From assembly GCA_963664115.2 (NCBI GenBank), contig CAXWPJ010000002.1:192001-256000 (forward strand): a stretch of DNA of 64,000 nucleotides. The letters are read 5' to 3'. Under the pieces are notes generated by a model. The model did no database searches. It was not told where the DNA came from and saw only the letters and a list, made by a program, of their open reading frames with translations. Position 1 is the first letter of the stretch, and each line of letters begins with the position of its first letter. Below, piece after piece: positions 29,159 to 39,655 of this stretch. This stretch comes from Terriglobia bacterium (GTDB taxonomy: Bacteria > Acidobacteriota > Terriglobia > 20CM-2-55-15). Made by a program: the position numbers and the translations under genes.

Positions 29159-30589
29159 CTAATACGCCCGTGCAAACACGACACGGCGTTGGGAAGCCTC
29201 CGCACATACGATGCAGGGCCCGGACCGGGCCTCACCCTCTGTGGGAATGCAGCGGATTGTCGCCTTCGTGTCCGCCTTCACCTTCCCTTCGCAATCGGAG
29301 CTGCCGCACCAGTGACTCCAGAGAAAACCACCGTCGCCGTCAAGGATCTCGTTAAAGGCTCCGTAGTCGTCCACTTCGTGCGTATGCGCCTCACGAAAGT
29401 CCAGGGCCCTCTCATACAAGCTCGCCTGAACATCGGATAGCGCCTGAGCGATCGTCCGGGACAAGCCTTCCTGGGAGACGAAACTCTTTTCCCCATTATC
29501 CCGTCGAACAAGAACCACCTGATGCTTCTCCATGTCCTTCGGCCCAATCTCCATTCGTAGTGGCACCCCCCGCTGCTCCCATTCGTTGAACTTCCGCCCG
29601 GGACTATATTGATCGCGGTCATCCACGGTAAAACCGATCCCATCAAAGTCGGCCGTCAACTGATCGATCCGCTCCATCACTGCCCCTCGTTGCTCCGGCT
29701 TCCTGAAGATCGGAACGATCACAAGTTGCGTCGCGGCTAATTTTGGGGGAACGATAATGCCACTGTCATCGCCGTGCGCCATGATCAGCGCACCGATCAG
29801 CCGGGTCGACACCCCCCAACTGGTCGCGTAGACGTATTCCATCTCCCCTTTTTCGTTCTGGAATTTCACGTCGAAGGCCTTGGCAAAGCCCTGTGCCAGA
29901 TGATGGGACGTCCCGGCCTGCAAGGCCTTGCCATCCTGCATCATGGCTTCAATAGAGTAGGTGTGATGGGCGCCGGCAAACTTCTCGCTTTCACTTTTCA
30001 AGCCCGAGAGCACAGGCACCGCCATGAACTGTTCCGCAAACCGGCGGTACACGCCAAGCATCGTGACCGTTTCCCGCTCGGCCTCGTCGTAGGTCGCATG
30101 CGCCGTGTGGCCCTCCTGCCATAGAAATTCTGTGGTCCGCAGAAACAGGCGGGTCCGCAGTTCCCATCGAACGACATTGGCCCATTGATTGATCAACAAC
30201 GGAAGGTCGCGGTAAGACTGAATCCAGTTTCGATACGCGTGCCAGATGATCGTTTCCGAAGTCGGCCGCACCACCAGAGGCTCTTCCAACTTTCCACCAC
30301 CGGCATGGGTCACCATCGCCACCTCGGGCGCAAAGCCCTCGACGTGTTCCGCCTCTTTCCGCAGGAAGCTTTCTGGAATGAACAGGGGAAAGTAGGCGTT
30401 TCGGTGTCCCGTTTCCTTGAACATTTCGTCCAGGGCACCTTGCATCTTTTCCCAGATGGCGTAACCGTTGGGACGAATGATCATGCATCCTTTGACCGGA
30501 GCATGATCTGCCAACTCTGCCGCAGCGATCACGTCGGTGTACCAGCGTGTATAGTCGTCTTTCCGCTTCGATATCTTTATTCCAGCCAT
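29159..30589 (-). CDS. proS: Proline--tRNA ligase (eukaryote/archaea-like type)
   Basis: RPTSET, FLRT.EFLWQEGHT, SWGVSTR motifs; C-terminal ...ARAY. Confidence 0.97.
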   Translation of the reverse strand: MAGIKISKRKDDYTRWYTDVIAAAELADHAPVKGCMIIRPNGYAIWEKMQGALDEMFKETGHRNAYFPLFIPESFLRKEAEHVEGFAPEVAMVTHAGGGKLEEPLVVRPTSETIIWHAYRNWIQSYRDLPLLINQWANVVRWELRTRLFLRTTEFLWQEGHTAHATYDEAERETVTMLGVYRRFAEQFMAVPVLSGLKSESEKFAGAHHTYSIEAMMQDGKALQAGTSHHLAQGFAKAFDVKFQNEKGEMEYVYATSWGVSTRLIGALIMAHGDDSGIIVPPKLAATQLVIVPIFRKPEQRGAVMERIDQLTADFDGIGFTVDDRDQYSPGRKFNEWEQRGVPLRMEIGPKDMEKHQVVLVRRDNGEKSFVSQEGLSRTIAQALSDVQASLYERALDFREAHTHEVDDYGAFNEILDGDGGFLWSHWCGSSDCEGKVKADTKATIRCIPTEGEARSGPCIVCAEASQRRVVFARAY

Positions 30590-30770
30590 GCCGCAGTCCT
30601 CCCCCAATTAGCCGGGGTAAGCGGCGCATGATAGCACACTACCTGGCGCGGCCACGCGGGCTCGAAACCGACATGGGAATGCCGTACATCGCACATCTGC
30701 CTGGATTGACAGCAAGACCCAAGCGCAATAGCATGAATCATTTGACGAGGGATTCGACACAAGAGGATCT

Positions 30771-32405
30771 ATGGCTGAAGATCTGAGCGAAGACACGATT
30801 TCGAAGGCCAAATCCCGCGGCGCCAAGATCCGCTACCGAACGGCGTCGGGCGTTCCGATCCAAGCCCTCTACACACCTGAAGATCTTGCCGGCTTCGACC
30901 CCGAATCGGAACTCGGCACCCCCGGTGCTCCACCCTACACGCGGGGCATACACCCGGAAATGTATCGCGAGCAGCTCTGGACAATGCGGCAGTTCAGCGG
31001 ATTCGGAACGGCCGCAGACACCAACAAACGCTTTCACTACATGTTGGGGCAGGGTCAGACCGGACTTTCAGTGGCGTTTCATTTGCCCACGCTCATGGGA
31101 TACGACTCCGACCACCCGATGGCGGAGGGCGAGGTCGGAAAGTGCGGCGTGGCCATCGATTCGCTCGAAGATATGGAAACGCTGTTTCAGGGCATCCCTC
31201 TCGATAAGATCAGCACCTCCATGACAACGAACGCCCCGGCGCCGATCATCTGGGCCATGTACCTGGTTGTGGCCGAAAAGCGGGGCATCCAATGGGACAC
31301 GCTTGACGGCACGATACAGAACGACATTCTCAAGGAATACATCGCGCAGAAGACCTATATTTTCCCGCCCCGGCCGTCCATGAAACTAATCGTCGACACG
31401 ATAGCATTCGGAACGCATCACGTGCCCCGGTGGAACACGATATCGATCAGCGGCTATCACATCCGTGAAGCGGGAGCGACGGCGCTTCAGGAATTGGCGT
31501 TCACCTTGTACGACGGCATCGAGTACGTCGCATGGGCGCGACGGCATGGGATGGACGTCGATGACTTTGCGCCACGACTCTCTTTCTTCTTCAACGCCCA
31601 CAACGACCTGTTCGAAGAAGTGGCGAAGTACCGGGCAGCACGGAAGGTCTGGTACACGGTCATGCGGGACCGTTTCGGCGCAAAGAATCCAAAGGCCGCC
31701 GTCCTTCGCTTCCACACTCAGACAGCAGGATGTTCACTCACAGCCCAGCAACCTTATAACAACGTGGTCCGGACAACAGTACAGGCGCTGGCAGCCGTTC
31801 TCGGCGGCACGCAATCGCTGCATACGAACTCGCTCGATGAATCGCTGGCCCTGCCCACTGAGGCGACCGCGCGCATCGCGCTTCGAACGCAGCAGATCAT
31901 TGCACACGAGAGTGGCGTGACGCGCACGCCGGACCCGCTTGGCGGTTCTTATTTTGTGGAACGGTTGACCCTCGATATGGAGCAGGGATGCTGGGAGTAT
32001 TTCGAGCAACTCGACGACCTCGGCGGCATGGTCGAGGCGATCGAGAAGGGGTTTCCGCAACGGGAAATCCAGGACGCCGCCTACGCCTACCAGCTCGCGA
32101 TCGAACGTAAGGAACAGATCATCGTAGGCGTCAATGATTACGAAGTTGAGGACGAAGCGCCGATCGACATCCTGACGATCGCCGATACCGTCGCCGAGGA
32201 CCAGATCGCGGATCTCCAACGACTCCGGGAAAGGCGTGACAACCGGAGAGTCAGGGAAACGTTGGGCGCCTTGGAGGAGGCGGCCGGCACCGATCGCAAC
32301 ATGATGGATCCTATTCTGGATTGTGTCCGTGCGTACGCGACCCTGGGGGAGATCTGTGACCGGCTGCGAAGCGTTTACGGGACGTATACGGAGCCCGACG
32401 TCTAG
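30771..32405 (+). CDS. B12-dependent acyl-CoA mutase large subunit (isobutyryl-CoA mutase-like)
   Basis: MM_CoA_mutase TIM barrel without a B12-binding domain; RQFSGF and KEYIAQ motifs. Confidence 0.88.
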   Translation: MAEDLSEDTISKAKSRGAKIRYRTASGVPIQALYTPEDLAGFDPESELGTPGAPPYTRGIHPEMYREQLWTMRQFSGFGTAADTNKRFHYMLGQGQTGLSVAFHLPTLMGYDSDHPMAEGEVGKCGVAIDSLEDMETLFQGIPLDKISTSMTTNAPAPIIWAMYLVVAEKRGIQWDTLDGTIQNDILKEYIAQKTYIFPPRPSMKLIVDTIAFGTHHVPRWNTISISGYHIREAGATALQELAFTLYDGIEYVAWARRHGMDVDDFAPRLSFFFNAHNDLFEEVAKYRAARKVWYTVMRDRFGAKNPKAAVLRFHTQTAGCSLTAQQPYNNVVRTTVQALAAVLGGTQSLHTNSLDESLALPTEATARIALRTQQIIAHESGVTRTPDPLGGSYFVERLTLDMEQGCWEYFEQLDDLGGMVEAIEKGFPQREIQDAAYAYQLAIERKEQIIVGVNDYEVEDEAPIDILTIADTVAEDQIADLQRLRERRDNRRVRETLGALEEAAGTDRNMMDPILDCVRAYATLGEICDRLRSVYGTYTEPDV

Positions 32406-32426
32406 GCTGTAGGTTTGCCTGTTTTT

Positions 32427-32492
32427 CAACACGAAGACACGAAGGTCACGAAGTCGGGATTCTTATTTCGGAACCCTTCGTGCCCTTCGTGT
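32427..32492. repeat. REP-like inverted repeat (CACGAAG type)
   Basis: CAACACGAAGACACGAAGGTCACGAAG ... CTTCGTGCCCTTCGTGT, between convergent genes. Confidence 0.75.
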
Positions 32493-32531
32493 GGAACTCT
32501 TCTCTTTTCTTCTATCGAACCCTGAGCACTG

Positions 32532-33581
32532 TCAGTCAGCGAATGCCTGCGGATGATCCGCTTCGTAGTGTGCTCGGAGCGTGTCACGGCCAAAATCGTT
32601 CTCCAGATCACGGAACACGGAATGGACGTGGTTGGCATTGTTCTGAGTATTGTCGAACTCGATCAGGAATGTGGGTCCATGCACACGGTAATAGTGCGGG
32701 TCTCCACGCTCGGCGCCCCCGGCCCACGCGAAATGTATTCCGTCGACACCCGCTTCACGAATACGGCCCAGCGTATCGGCAGCAATATTCGGAGCCAGAC
32801 GATTGGCGTATTCGCCGATCAGCGACACCAACTGATCCCTCTGCTCCATGGTCATATCCGAAGCAGCCAGACCCGTCGGATCTCCTTCGAGTTCGGCCAC
32901 TCGGGCGTTGCTGGTGAGAATGTCCCTGAATGCGGTCTCCTGAATGACGGCGGCTTCGGTCTGGGTCTTGTCCAGAGATGCCAGCAGTTCTCGAGCAAGG
33001 TCTTCTTCCCGGCCCAGAACCCTGAGTCCCCGGCGGGGGCCCTCTTTGACGTCAGCCGGATTCGAACCGAAGAAAGTGGGTGCAGAGGCGATCACCTCGC
33101 CGTCACGCATTGTCACGTTGACGGAAACGTGGTGACCTTCCATCCGCCAGCCCCATGTGCCCGTTTCGGATGGATCGCCGAAGATACTGAAAAAATAGAG
33201 TTCGGGATCGCGACGGATCCGGGCTGATTCCCCACCTTCGAGCTCATACAGGATTTGCTCGAGACTCAGAATCGTTACCGCTTTGACCATTCCGCGCGAA
33301 CTCAAGGTAGAGGCGGCCAAGGCATGAGCCAATTGCTGCTGATGGGGTTTCATCTCCCCCAGAGTCAGTCCTTGACGCGGCACGGGCGTAAACCACCAAT
33401 TCATCCTCTCTTCATCATCGAACTCGAACCGTGCCTGGGCGGACTGTTCCCCGTCGAGCGACGCAAGAAACGCGTTGGCCGCGGTTACGATATCGGGTAC
33501 AGTCTGCGCCTGGTAAAAAGCAGCGGTCGACGACACGGCCAGGCACACCAGAACAGTCAGAACGCGGCTGGAAACTTTCAT
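32532..33581 (-). CDS. DUF3500 secreted protein
   Basis: Signal peptide; W.WR.EGHH.S.N, P.FFG.NP, HYYR.HGPT.LIE.DN, NH.H...RD..NDFG motifs. Confidence 0.88.
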   Translation of the reverse strand: MKVSSRVLTVLVCLAVSSTAAFYQAQTVPDIVTAANAFLASLDGEQSAQARFEFDDEERMNWWFTPVPRQGLTLGEMKPHQQQLAHALAASTLSSRGMVKAVTILSLEQILYELEGGESARIRRDPELYFFSIFGDPSETGTWGWRMEGHHVSVNVTMRDGEVIASAPTFFGSNPADVKEGPRRGLRVLGREEDLARELLASLDKTQTEAAVIQETAFRDILTSNARVAELEGDPTGLAASDMTMEQRDQLVSLIGEYANRLAPNIAADTLGRIREAGVDGIHFAWAGGAERGDPHYYRVHGPTFLIEFDNTQNNANHVHSVFRDLENDFGRDTLRAHYEADHPQAFAD

Positions 33582-33715
33582 GATATTCACCTCGATTTCA
33601 GCCATCCTACTGGCATACCCGGCGGGGGTCAAGCGTGAGCGTACATCGCGTCCCCAGGCCGGTTTAAGGTTTCGTGGAATTCGTTCAATTCACTGTCCTT
33701 ACAAGGAAGCAACTG

Positions 33716-34147
33716 ATGTCTATAGTCGCAGAGACCCGGCTTCGTGTCCGCTACGCGGATACCGACCAGATGGGTGTCGTCTACTACTCGAATTATTTGA
33801 TATGGATGGAAATAGGACGCACCGATTTCTGCATGGAATCGGGCTTCCGTTATCGGGACATGGAAGCGGATGACGGTATCGCCATAGCGGTCGCCGACGT
33901 TCAGTGCCGGTATCGTGCGCCCGCACGCTACGATGACGACATCCTGGTGCGCACATCATTGAAGCGCCTCAGAAAGCGCACGATGACCTTCTCCTACCAG
34001 ATCGTTTACGCAGAAACCGGAACGCTGCTGGCTGAAGCGAGCACGAAGCATGTCGTGGTCGATAAAAATACCGCGCGCCCGAGCACGATTCCGCGGCATC
34101 ACTACGCGTTGCTCCGGGCTGCCGAGTCACCGGATTCGCCTGATTGA
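33716..34147 (+). CDS. Acyl-CoA thioesterase (YbgC/4HBT family)
   Basis: VRYADTDQMGVVYYSNY...E.GR. Confidence 0.9.
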   Translation: MSIVAETRLRVRYADTDQMGVVYYSNYLIWMEIGRTDFCMESGFRYRDMEADDGIAIAVADVQCRYRAPARYDDDILVRTSLKRLRKRTMTFSYQIVYAETGTLLAEASTKHVVVDKNTARPSTIPRHHYALLRAAESPDSPD

Positions 34148-34175
34148 AAGTTTAGGGCTTTATTGAAGTGAAGAG

Positions 34176-34267
34176 TTCAACACGAAGGACACGAAGACGA
34201 ACGAAGATAGACGAAGGGGTCAGATATCAAAATCCAGACTTCGTGATCTTCGTGTCTTCGTGTTGAA
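34176..34267. repeat. REP-like inverted repeat (CACGAAG type)
   Basis: TTCAACACGAAGGACACGAAG ... CTTCGTGATCTTCGTGTCTTCGTGTTGAA. Confidence 0.8.
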
Positions 34268-34327
34268 AAACAGGTATGCGTGTCTGAGGAGCTCCGGCGA
34301 CTATCACAATGAGCTGCGAGATGCTTC

Positions 34328-35236
34328 ATGAACCCAATCGTTGAGTGCATTCCCAACTTCAGCGAGGGCCGCCGCATCGAGGTCGTGGATGCGATCGAAA
34401 ACGCCCTCTCCAGTGTCGATGGTATCTGGATTCTCGATCGGCATATGGACCCCGACCACAATCGATCGGTGATCACGCTGGTCGGACACCCTGACAGCCT
34501 GGCTGAATCCATAGTTGCGGGAGTGTGTGTCGCCTCCGAGCGGATCGACCTTCGACTCCACGAGGGAGAACATCCACGAACCGGCGCAACGGATGTCATA
34601 CCCCTGGTTCCCCTCCGTAATATCTCGATGGAGGCCTGCGCCCGGCTTGCCTGGAAAGTGGGTGCGCGTATTTCCGAAGAGCTGGAGATCCCTATCTATC
34701 TCTACGGTGCAGCGGCCCGGTCGTCTGACCGCAAGAACCTGGAACAGATCCGAAAAATAGGATTTGAGCAACTCATTCAGGAAGCACAACTTCGGAAGGA
34801 GTGGCAGCCCGATCTGGGGCCACCTCAACTGCACGCGACCTCTGGGGCGATGTTCATCGGAGCACGGGCTGTCCTGATCGCGTTTAACGTCAACCTCGAC
34901 AGCGACAACCTGGAGCTCGCACGCAAAATTGCTTCGAATATCAGGGAATCGGGCGGGGGGCTACCCGGAGTGAAGGCTCTGGGCCTTTTCATAAACACGA
35001 CTCACACCGTCCAGGTGTCGATGAACCTCTGCGATTTTGAAAGAACAGGCATCGCAACGACCTTTGAAGCCGTCCGCCGTATGGCGGAAGACTTGGGTGT
35101 ATCGATACTCAGCAGCGAGCTTGTGGGTCTGGCGCCGGAAGCCGCCTTCGAAAGCGTCGATCCCCGATCGCTTCAGCTCGAGGGCTTCAACTCTCAAAAG
35201 ATTCTGGAGAATAGACTCGCCGCGGTTTGCCCCTAA
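34328..35236 (+). CDS. ftcD: Glutamate formimidoyltransferase
   Basis: VECIPNFSEGR, DHNRSV, HPR.GA.DV.P, QVSMNL motifs. Confidence 0.92.
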   Translation: MNPIVECIPNFSEGRRIEVVDAIENALSSVDGIWILDRHMDPDHNRSVITLVGHPDSLAESIVAGVCVASERIDLRLHEGEHPRTGATDVIPLVPLRNISMEACARLAWKVGARISEELEIPIYLYGAAARSSDRKNLEQIRKIGFEQLIQEAQLRKEWQPDLGPPQLHATSGAMFIGARAVLIAFNVNLDSDNLELARKIASNIRESGGGLPGVKALGLFINTTHTVQVSMNLCDFERTGIATTFEAVRRMAEDLGVSILSSELVGLAPEAAFESVDPRSLQLEGFNSQKILENRLAAVCP

Positions 35237-35288
35237 CTACCGACCTTTATGAGCCTTAACTCGCTTTCTAGGCTATAATGAATCGCTT

Positions 35289-38132
35289 ATGCAGAGGCAG
35301 ACGCGAAGCCAGAAGCCGACGCGAGGGTCGAAGCAGAAGTCCGGACCTGTGAAAGCTTTCCTGCTTTCTCCCTTCGTCAAGGTATCTGCGGCACTGATAC
35401 TCATTGCAGCGATTGCCGGTGGCGTAGTGTTCACGCACTACTACAACATCTATGCCACGATCATAGACCGCAGGCTTTCGGGCGAGATTTTCAAGGACAC
35501 CGCTAAGATTTACGCGACTCCGTTCATCGTTTATCCGGGACAGGAGATTGCCCCCAACGACGTAATCCTTCGCTTGCGACGGGCGGGTCTTGAACCGCGT
35601 GATCGGACGCCCTCTGAAGACAGCGTCTACCAGTTCATTCCTGGCGATTCCGGTTCCAGCATTATCGTGTCTCCCGACCGACTTCCAGACTACCGCATCG
35701 ATTTCAACCAAACGGTTATCGATGGGATCCAGGAGATGCTCACCGGGTTCGAGGTCAACCAAGTCGAGTTGCCCGCTGAGCTCGTAACGAACCTGTTTGA
35801 CGACACTCGAGAGAAGCGGCGCCTTCTGGAATGGGAACAACTCCCGCCCCATCTAACGGATGCCCTCGTCGCGTCCGAAGACCAACGTTTCTTTCGCCAT
35901 TTCGGCATCGACCTGATCCGGGCAGGCGGCGCCTTCATATCGACCTACGTTCAGGATGGAAAACTGCAGGGGGCCAGTACGCTGACGATGCAGTTGGCTG
36001 GGAATTTTTTCCTGGATCGCGGAGACCGGACGTGGAACCGCAAGATTCCTGAAATCTTCATGGCTCTGATCCTCGAACAGCGATTGACGAAATCCGAAAT
36101 TCTGACGATGTACGCGAATGAGGTCTATCTCGGCAACCGCGGTTCCTTTGCGATCCATGGCTTCGGTGAAGCCGCCGCCGCGTACTTCGGCAAAGACATC
36201 TCCGCGCTGACGGTCTCAGACGCCGCCACGCTCGTGGGGATGCTCCCCGCCCCAAGCGCTTACTCACCGCGGCACAATATGGCACGGGCCATTGAACGGC
36301 GTGACATCGTCCTCGATGAGATGTACGCGCTGGATATGATCAATACGACCCAGCTCGCCGAAGCCCGCCTGGCCGAAATCCAGATTGCTGAAATGAGAGT
36401 GGACGCGAGCGAAGCTCCGTACATGGTGGACTACATTCGAGACCAGTTGCTGGACGATTTCTCCCAGGAGCAGTTGTTCAACGACGGCTTGAAAATTTAC
36501 ACGACGCTCGATCCGGACCTGCAAAAAGCCGCTGTAGAAGCCGTGGCTGCCGGCATTGCGAATGCCGACGCACAACTCGAAGCGATGGGACGCGGACCGT
36601 CCTCGGGCAGACCCCCGGTTCAGGCGTCGATCATCGTTCTGGACCCACATACCGGCGAGATCAAAGCTATGGTCGGCGGGCGGGACTATGGCAACAGCCA
36701 GTACAACAGGATCACTGAGGCTTTCCGCCAGCCCGGCTCCATCTTCAAACCATTCGTTTACGCAACTGCTTTTGAAACGGCCTTCGATCCGGTGATCGAC
36801 CCTGTGGAAGAACCCGATGAAAGCGCGACCTCAATTCTTCTCGATGGTTTCGGTTTCGGACTGACTTCCGAACCGGCACAGGGAGTCGAAGAAGAAGTAG
36901 TTGTAACAGAAGAAGAAACGGTGGTAACGCTGGCCGAGGCAGATGCGGAAGCAGGCGCCGAGGAAAATGCCGAGGGAGAGGCTGAGGAAAACGCCGAGGA
37001 TGAGACCGAGATCGATGAGCGGCCAGTTCTGACTCAAGCCGAATACTTCAGTTTGCGGGCAGCACCTGGAGACGACGAAGCCGCGGACGGCCTGCTCGAA
37101 GAAATGGATTTCATCGTACTTCCGGACCGCGGGGAACTGGGGACCATCGGTAAAGCTTCTATCATCACCCCGATGACAACTGTGATGGACGAGCCGACGC
37201 TCTTCTTCTACGAAGAAGACAAGTTCTATGAGCCGAACAACTACAAGAACGTCTTCTTCGGAATGATTCCTGTTCGGGAAGCGCTCCAGCGATCCCTCAA
37301 CGTCCCGACCGTGAAGATCGCCGAACGCGTCGGCTTCGACCTCATCGCTGAACTCGCCCACCGCGTTGGGCTCAATGCGGACATCCGTCCCTATCCCTCG
37401 ATCGCTTTGGGGTCCTTCGAGGTCACCCCGATAGAAATGGCGGGAGCCTACACGGCGTTCGCCAACGAAGGTGTCCGTGTGGAGCCGCGGGCGATCCGGC
37501 AGGTTGCCGACAAATACGGCGAGATTACGAAGACCTACGGCCTGGAATCTGAACAGGTCTTTCGACCCGAACTGGCCTACCTGATGACAAACCTCCTGGA
37601 GAACGTAATCAACCGGGGAACGGGAGCGGGTGTGCGCGCGAGAGGCTTTAGGCTTCCCGCCGCGGGCAAGACGGGCACGTCCAGAGATGGTTGGTTTGCG
37701 GGATATACAAAAGACCTGTTGGCGATCGCCTGGGTCGGATTCGACGACAACCGGGAACTGGAGCTGGAAGGATCTCGTTCAGCCCTGCCGATATGGACGG
37801 CTTTCATGCTCGCCGCGGACGCGCTCTACCCAGTTAGAGAAGACGAGGAAACCGCTTTCTACGACCCCCCCGGCGTGGAAATGGTCTCCATCGACGCAGA
37901 CACCCTGTCGTTGGCTACACCGTATTGTGAGAACCGCTTCACACAGGCGTTCATCTTCGGTACGGCGCCCCGGGCGTACTGCCCGATCCATTCTTTCTCC
38001 ACCGGATTCATCTTGAGTGAAACCGGAACACCGGCCGTACCCAATCCGGGGCCGGCTTCGGCTACGGAGTTTCCGGGGCAGGTCCAGACACCTCCAATAG
38101 AGGCCGCAACACCTGCCACCTTTGTTCGCTGA
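35289..38132 (+). CDS. mrcB: Class A penicillin-binding protein (PBP1b-like)
   Basis: EDQRF..HFG.D, GASTLT.Q, RK..E transglycosylase motifs; SIFK, SLN, KTG transpeptidase motifs; UB2H-like region. Confidence 0.88.
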   Translation: MQRQTRSQKPTRGSKQKSGPVKAFLLSPFVKVSAALILIAAIAGGVVFTHYYNIYATIIDRRLSGEIFKDTAKIYATPFIVYPGQEIAPNDVILRLRRAGLEPRDRTPSEDSVYQFIPGDSGSSIIVSPDRLPDYRIDFNQTVIDGIQEMLTGFEVNQVELPAELVTNLFDDTREKRRLLEWEQLPPHLTDALVASEDQRFFRHFGIDLIRAGGAFISTYVQDGKLQGASTLTMQLAGNFFLDRGDRTWNRKIPEIFMALILEQRLTKSEILTMYANEVYLGNRGSFAIHGFGEAAAAYFGKDISALTVSDAATLVGMLPAPSAYSPRHNMARAIERRDIVLDEMYALDMINTTQLAEARLAEIQIAEMRVDASEAPYMVDYIRDQLLDDFSQEQLFNDGLKIYTTLDPDLQKAAVEAVAAGIANADAQLEAMGRGPSSGRPPVQASIIVLDPHTGEIKAMVGGRDYGNSQYNRITEAFRQPGSIFKPFVYATAFETAFDPVIDPVEEPDESATSILLDGFGFGLTSEPAQGVEEEVVVTEEETVVTLAEADAEAGAEENAEGEAEENAEDETEIDERPVLTQAEYFSLRAAPGDDEAADGLLEEMDFIVLPDRGELGTIGKASIITPMTTVMDEPTLFFYEEDKFYEPNNYKNVFFGMIPVREALQRSLNVPTVKIAERVGFDLIAELAHRVGLNADIRPYPSIALGSFEVTPIEMAGAYTAFANEGVRVEPRAIRQVADKYGEITKTYGLESEQVFRPELAYLMTNLLENVINRGTGAGVRARGFRLPAAGKTGTSRDGWFAGYTKDLLAIAWVGFDDNRELELEGSRSALPIWTAFMLAADALYPVREDEETAFYDPPGVEMVSIDADTLSLATPYCENRFTQAFIFGTAPRAYCPIHSFSTGFILSETGTPAVPNPGPASATEFPGQVQTPPIEAATPATFVR

Positions 38133-38301
38133 TTCCAGGCACGGCGAGCAACTCCTCTATTCTTCGAAACCCACCCCGTTTTTCGCGAAACTCAACAATT
38201 CTGTTCGCGAGAACCGGCCCCACGCCCGGAAGTTGATCGAGCTGCCTGATGGTTGCCGTATTCAGGTTGATCAGAACAATTACGGTCAAAAGGTGTCGCA
38301 C
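38062..38301 (-). CDS. ComEA-like helix-hairpin-helix DNA-binding protein
   Basis: INLNTAT...L..LPGVG...A.RI...R...G.F..IEEL..V.GI. Confidence 0.8.
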   Translation of the reverse strand: MRHLLTVIVLINLNTATIRQLDQLPGVGPVLANRIVEFREKRGGFRRIEELLAVPGISEQRWQVLRPLLEVSGPAPETP

Positions 38302-38314
38302 AGCCTGCTTTCCC

Positions 38315-39514
38315 TTATCCCACCCCGAACCGTTGGCGCACAAACCGAAGCGCACTGTCTCGATCCAGCAGGCGCTGCTCCAGTTGTTCGTCTTCGACAA
38401 GTGTCAGGATTTCTCTAAAAGAAGGGCCGGGTTGCATTCCCAATGTAATCAGATCGTCTCCCGATATCAAGGCTTCCGGCCAGAGGTCCGTCTCCGACCA
38501 CGCACCCAGCTTTTCCCGGACGAACGCCAAAACAGCCAGATCGCGTCCATCGGAAGCATGGTGCAGTCTATGGATTTCCATGTGGTCCGCAAACCTGTCA
38601 ATGCGCAGAAAGCGTTTCAGCCGAGCCGCCCCCATATCCCGGGCCTGCTCGAAAACGCTCTGGTTTCCAACGAGCGCCAGGACGTGTGCCTGCTCCGCAT
38701 TCGACAACTTCAGACGTCGCACTATGGCTTCCACCTCCACTATTCGACATTCATGAAGAAGAAGCCCCACCGCGAAATCGGGTGCGACCGGGCTTTCAAT
38801 CATCTCGAGGCACCGCTCAAGATGATCGGTCCAGCGCAACTCCGGTAGTATCTCCTGTCGCAGGCCCGATTGCTCGAGCAGACGTATTCCCCGAGCGGGC
38901 CCGCCCTCCACAAGAATTTTCAGCAGTTCATCCCGAATGCGTTCGGCACTGACCTGCTTGATCTTTGGCGCCATCGCTCGAACCCCGGCCCAGGTTTCAT
39001 CTTCGATCGAATATCCCAGCCGTGCACCGAAGCGAATGGCACGGAGTATCCTGAGCCTGTCTTCCTCGAAGCGCTTGAGTGGATCGCCAATCGCGCGCAC
39101 GACACGCCGCTCGATGTCCGCCTGCCCGTCCACGTAGTCGGTGATGACTTTCTCAATTGGATCGTAAAGCAGACCGTTGATCGTGAAATCACGCCTTAAG
39201 ACATCCTCTTTGGCAGTCGTAAAGACAACGCCGCTTGGCCTCCGGCCGTCGACATATGCTTCGTCCGATCTGAACGTGACGACTTCAAACCCGACACCTC
39301 CGTGGACGACAAGAATCACACCAAATTTGATACCGATCGGTTCGGTGCGTGGGAAGATTCGGACGACTTCCTCAGGGCGGGCGCTCGTTGCGATGTCATA
39401 GTCGGTCGGCTCGATGTCCATCACCATATCGCGGACGCATCCACCGACGAAATACGCCTCGTGCCCGTTCTTCCGAAGCGTTCGGACGATGTCTGTTGCG
39501 TGTTCGGGTTTCAT
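38315..39514 (-). CDS. CCA-adding tRNA nucleotidyltransferase / poly(A) polymerase family
   Basis: VGGCVRD, DYDIAT, RRDFTIN, EDRLRILRA.RF motifs. Confidence 0.92.
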   Translation of the reverse strand: MKPEHATDIVRTLRKNGHEAYFVGGCVRDMVMDIEPTDYDIATSARPEEVVRIFPRTEPIGIKFGVILVVHGGVGFEVVTFRSDEAYVDGRRPSGVVFTTAKEDVLRRDFTINGLLYDPIEKVITDYVDGQADIERRVVRAIGDPLKRFEEDRLRILRAIRFGARLGYSIEDETWAGVRAMAPKIKQVSAERIRDELLKILVEGGPARGIRLLEQSGLRQEILPELRWTDHLERCLEMIESPVAPDFAVGLLLHECRIVEVEAIVRRLKLSNAEQAHVLALVGNQSVFEQARDMGAARLKRFLRIDRFADHMEIHRLHHASDGRDLAVLAFVREKLGAWSETDLWPEALISGDDLITLGMQPGPSFREILTLVEDEQLEQRLLDRDSALRFVRQRFGVG

Positions 39515-39532
39515 TGAAGTTTAACGTTGGCC

Positions 39533-39590
39533 GTTATGAATTATGAGGCAAGTGCGTGAACCTGAAGTCTCATCTCAATACTTATAACTC
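39533..39590. repeat. AT-rich heptamer inverted repeat
   Basis: GTTATGAATTATGAG ... CTCAATACTTATAAC. Confidence 0.5.
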
Positions 39591-39655
39591 TTTACCGATC
39601 TACGTCGCGGATCGCAACGCTACTGTATAATAAGTCGCTTTTCGCGGAGACTTAG

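Noticed and set aside
38062-38132. Convergent overlap of the PBP and ComEA-like genes
   Set aside because: A short overlap of low-complexity tails is common.
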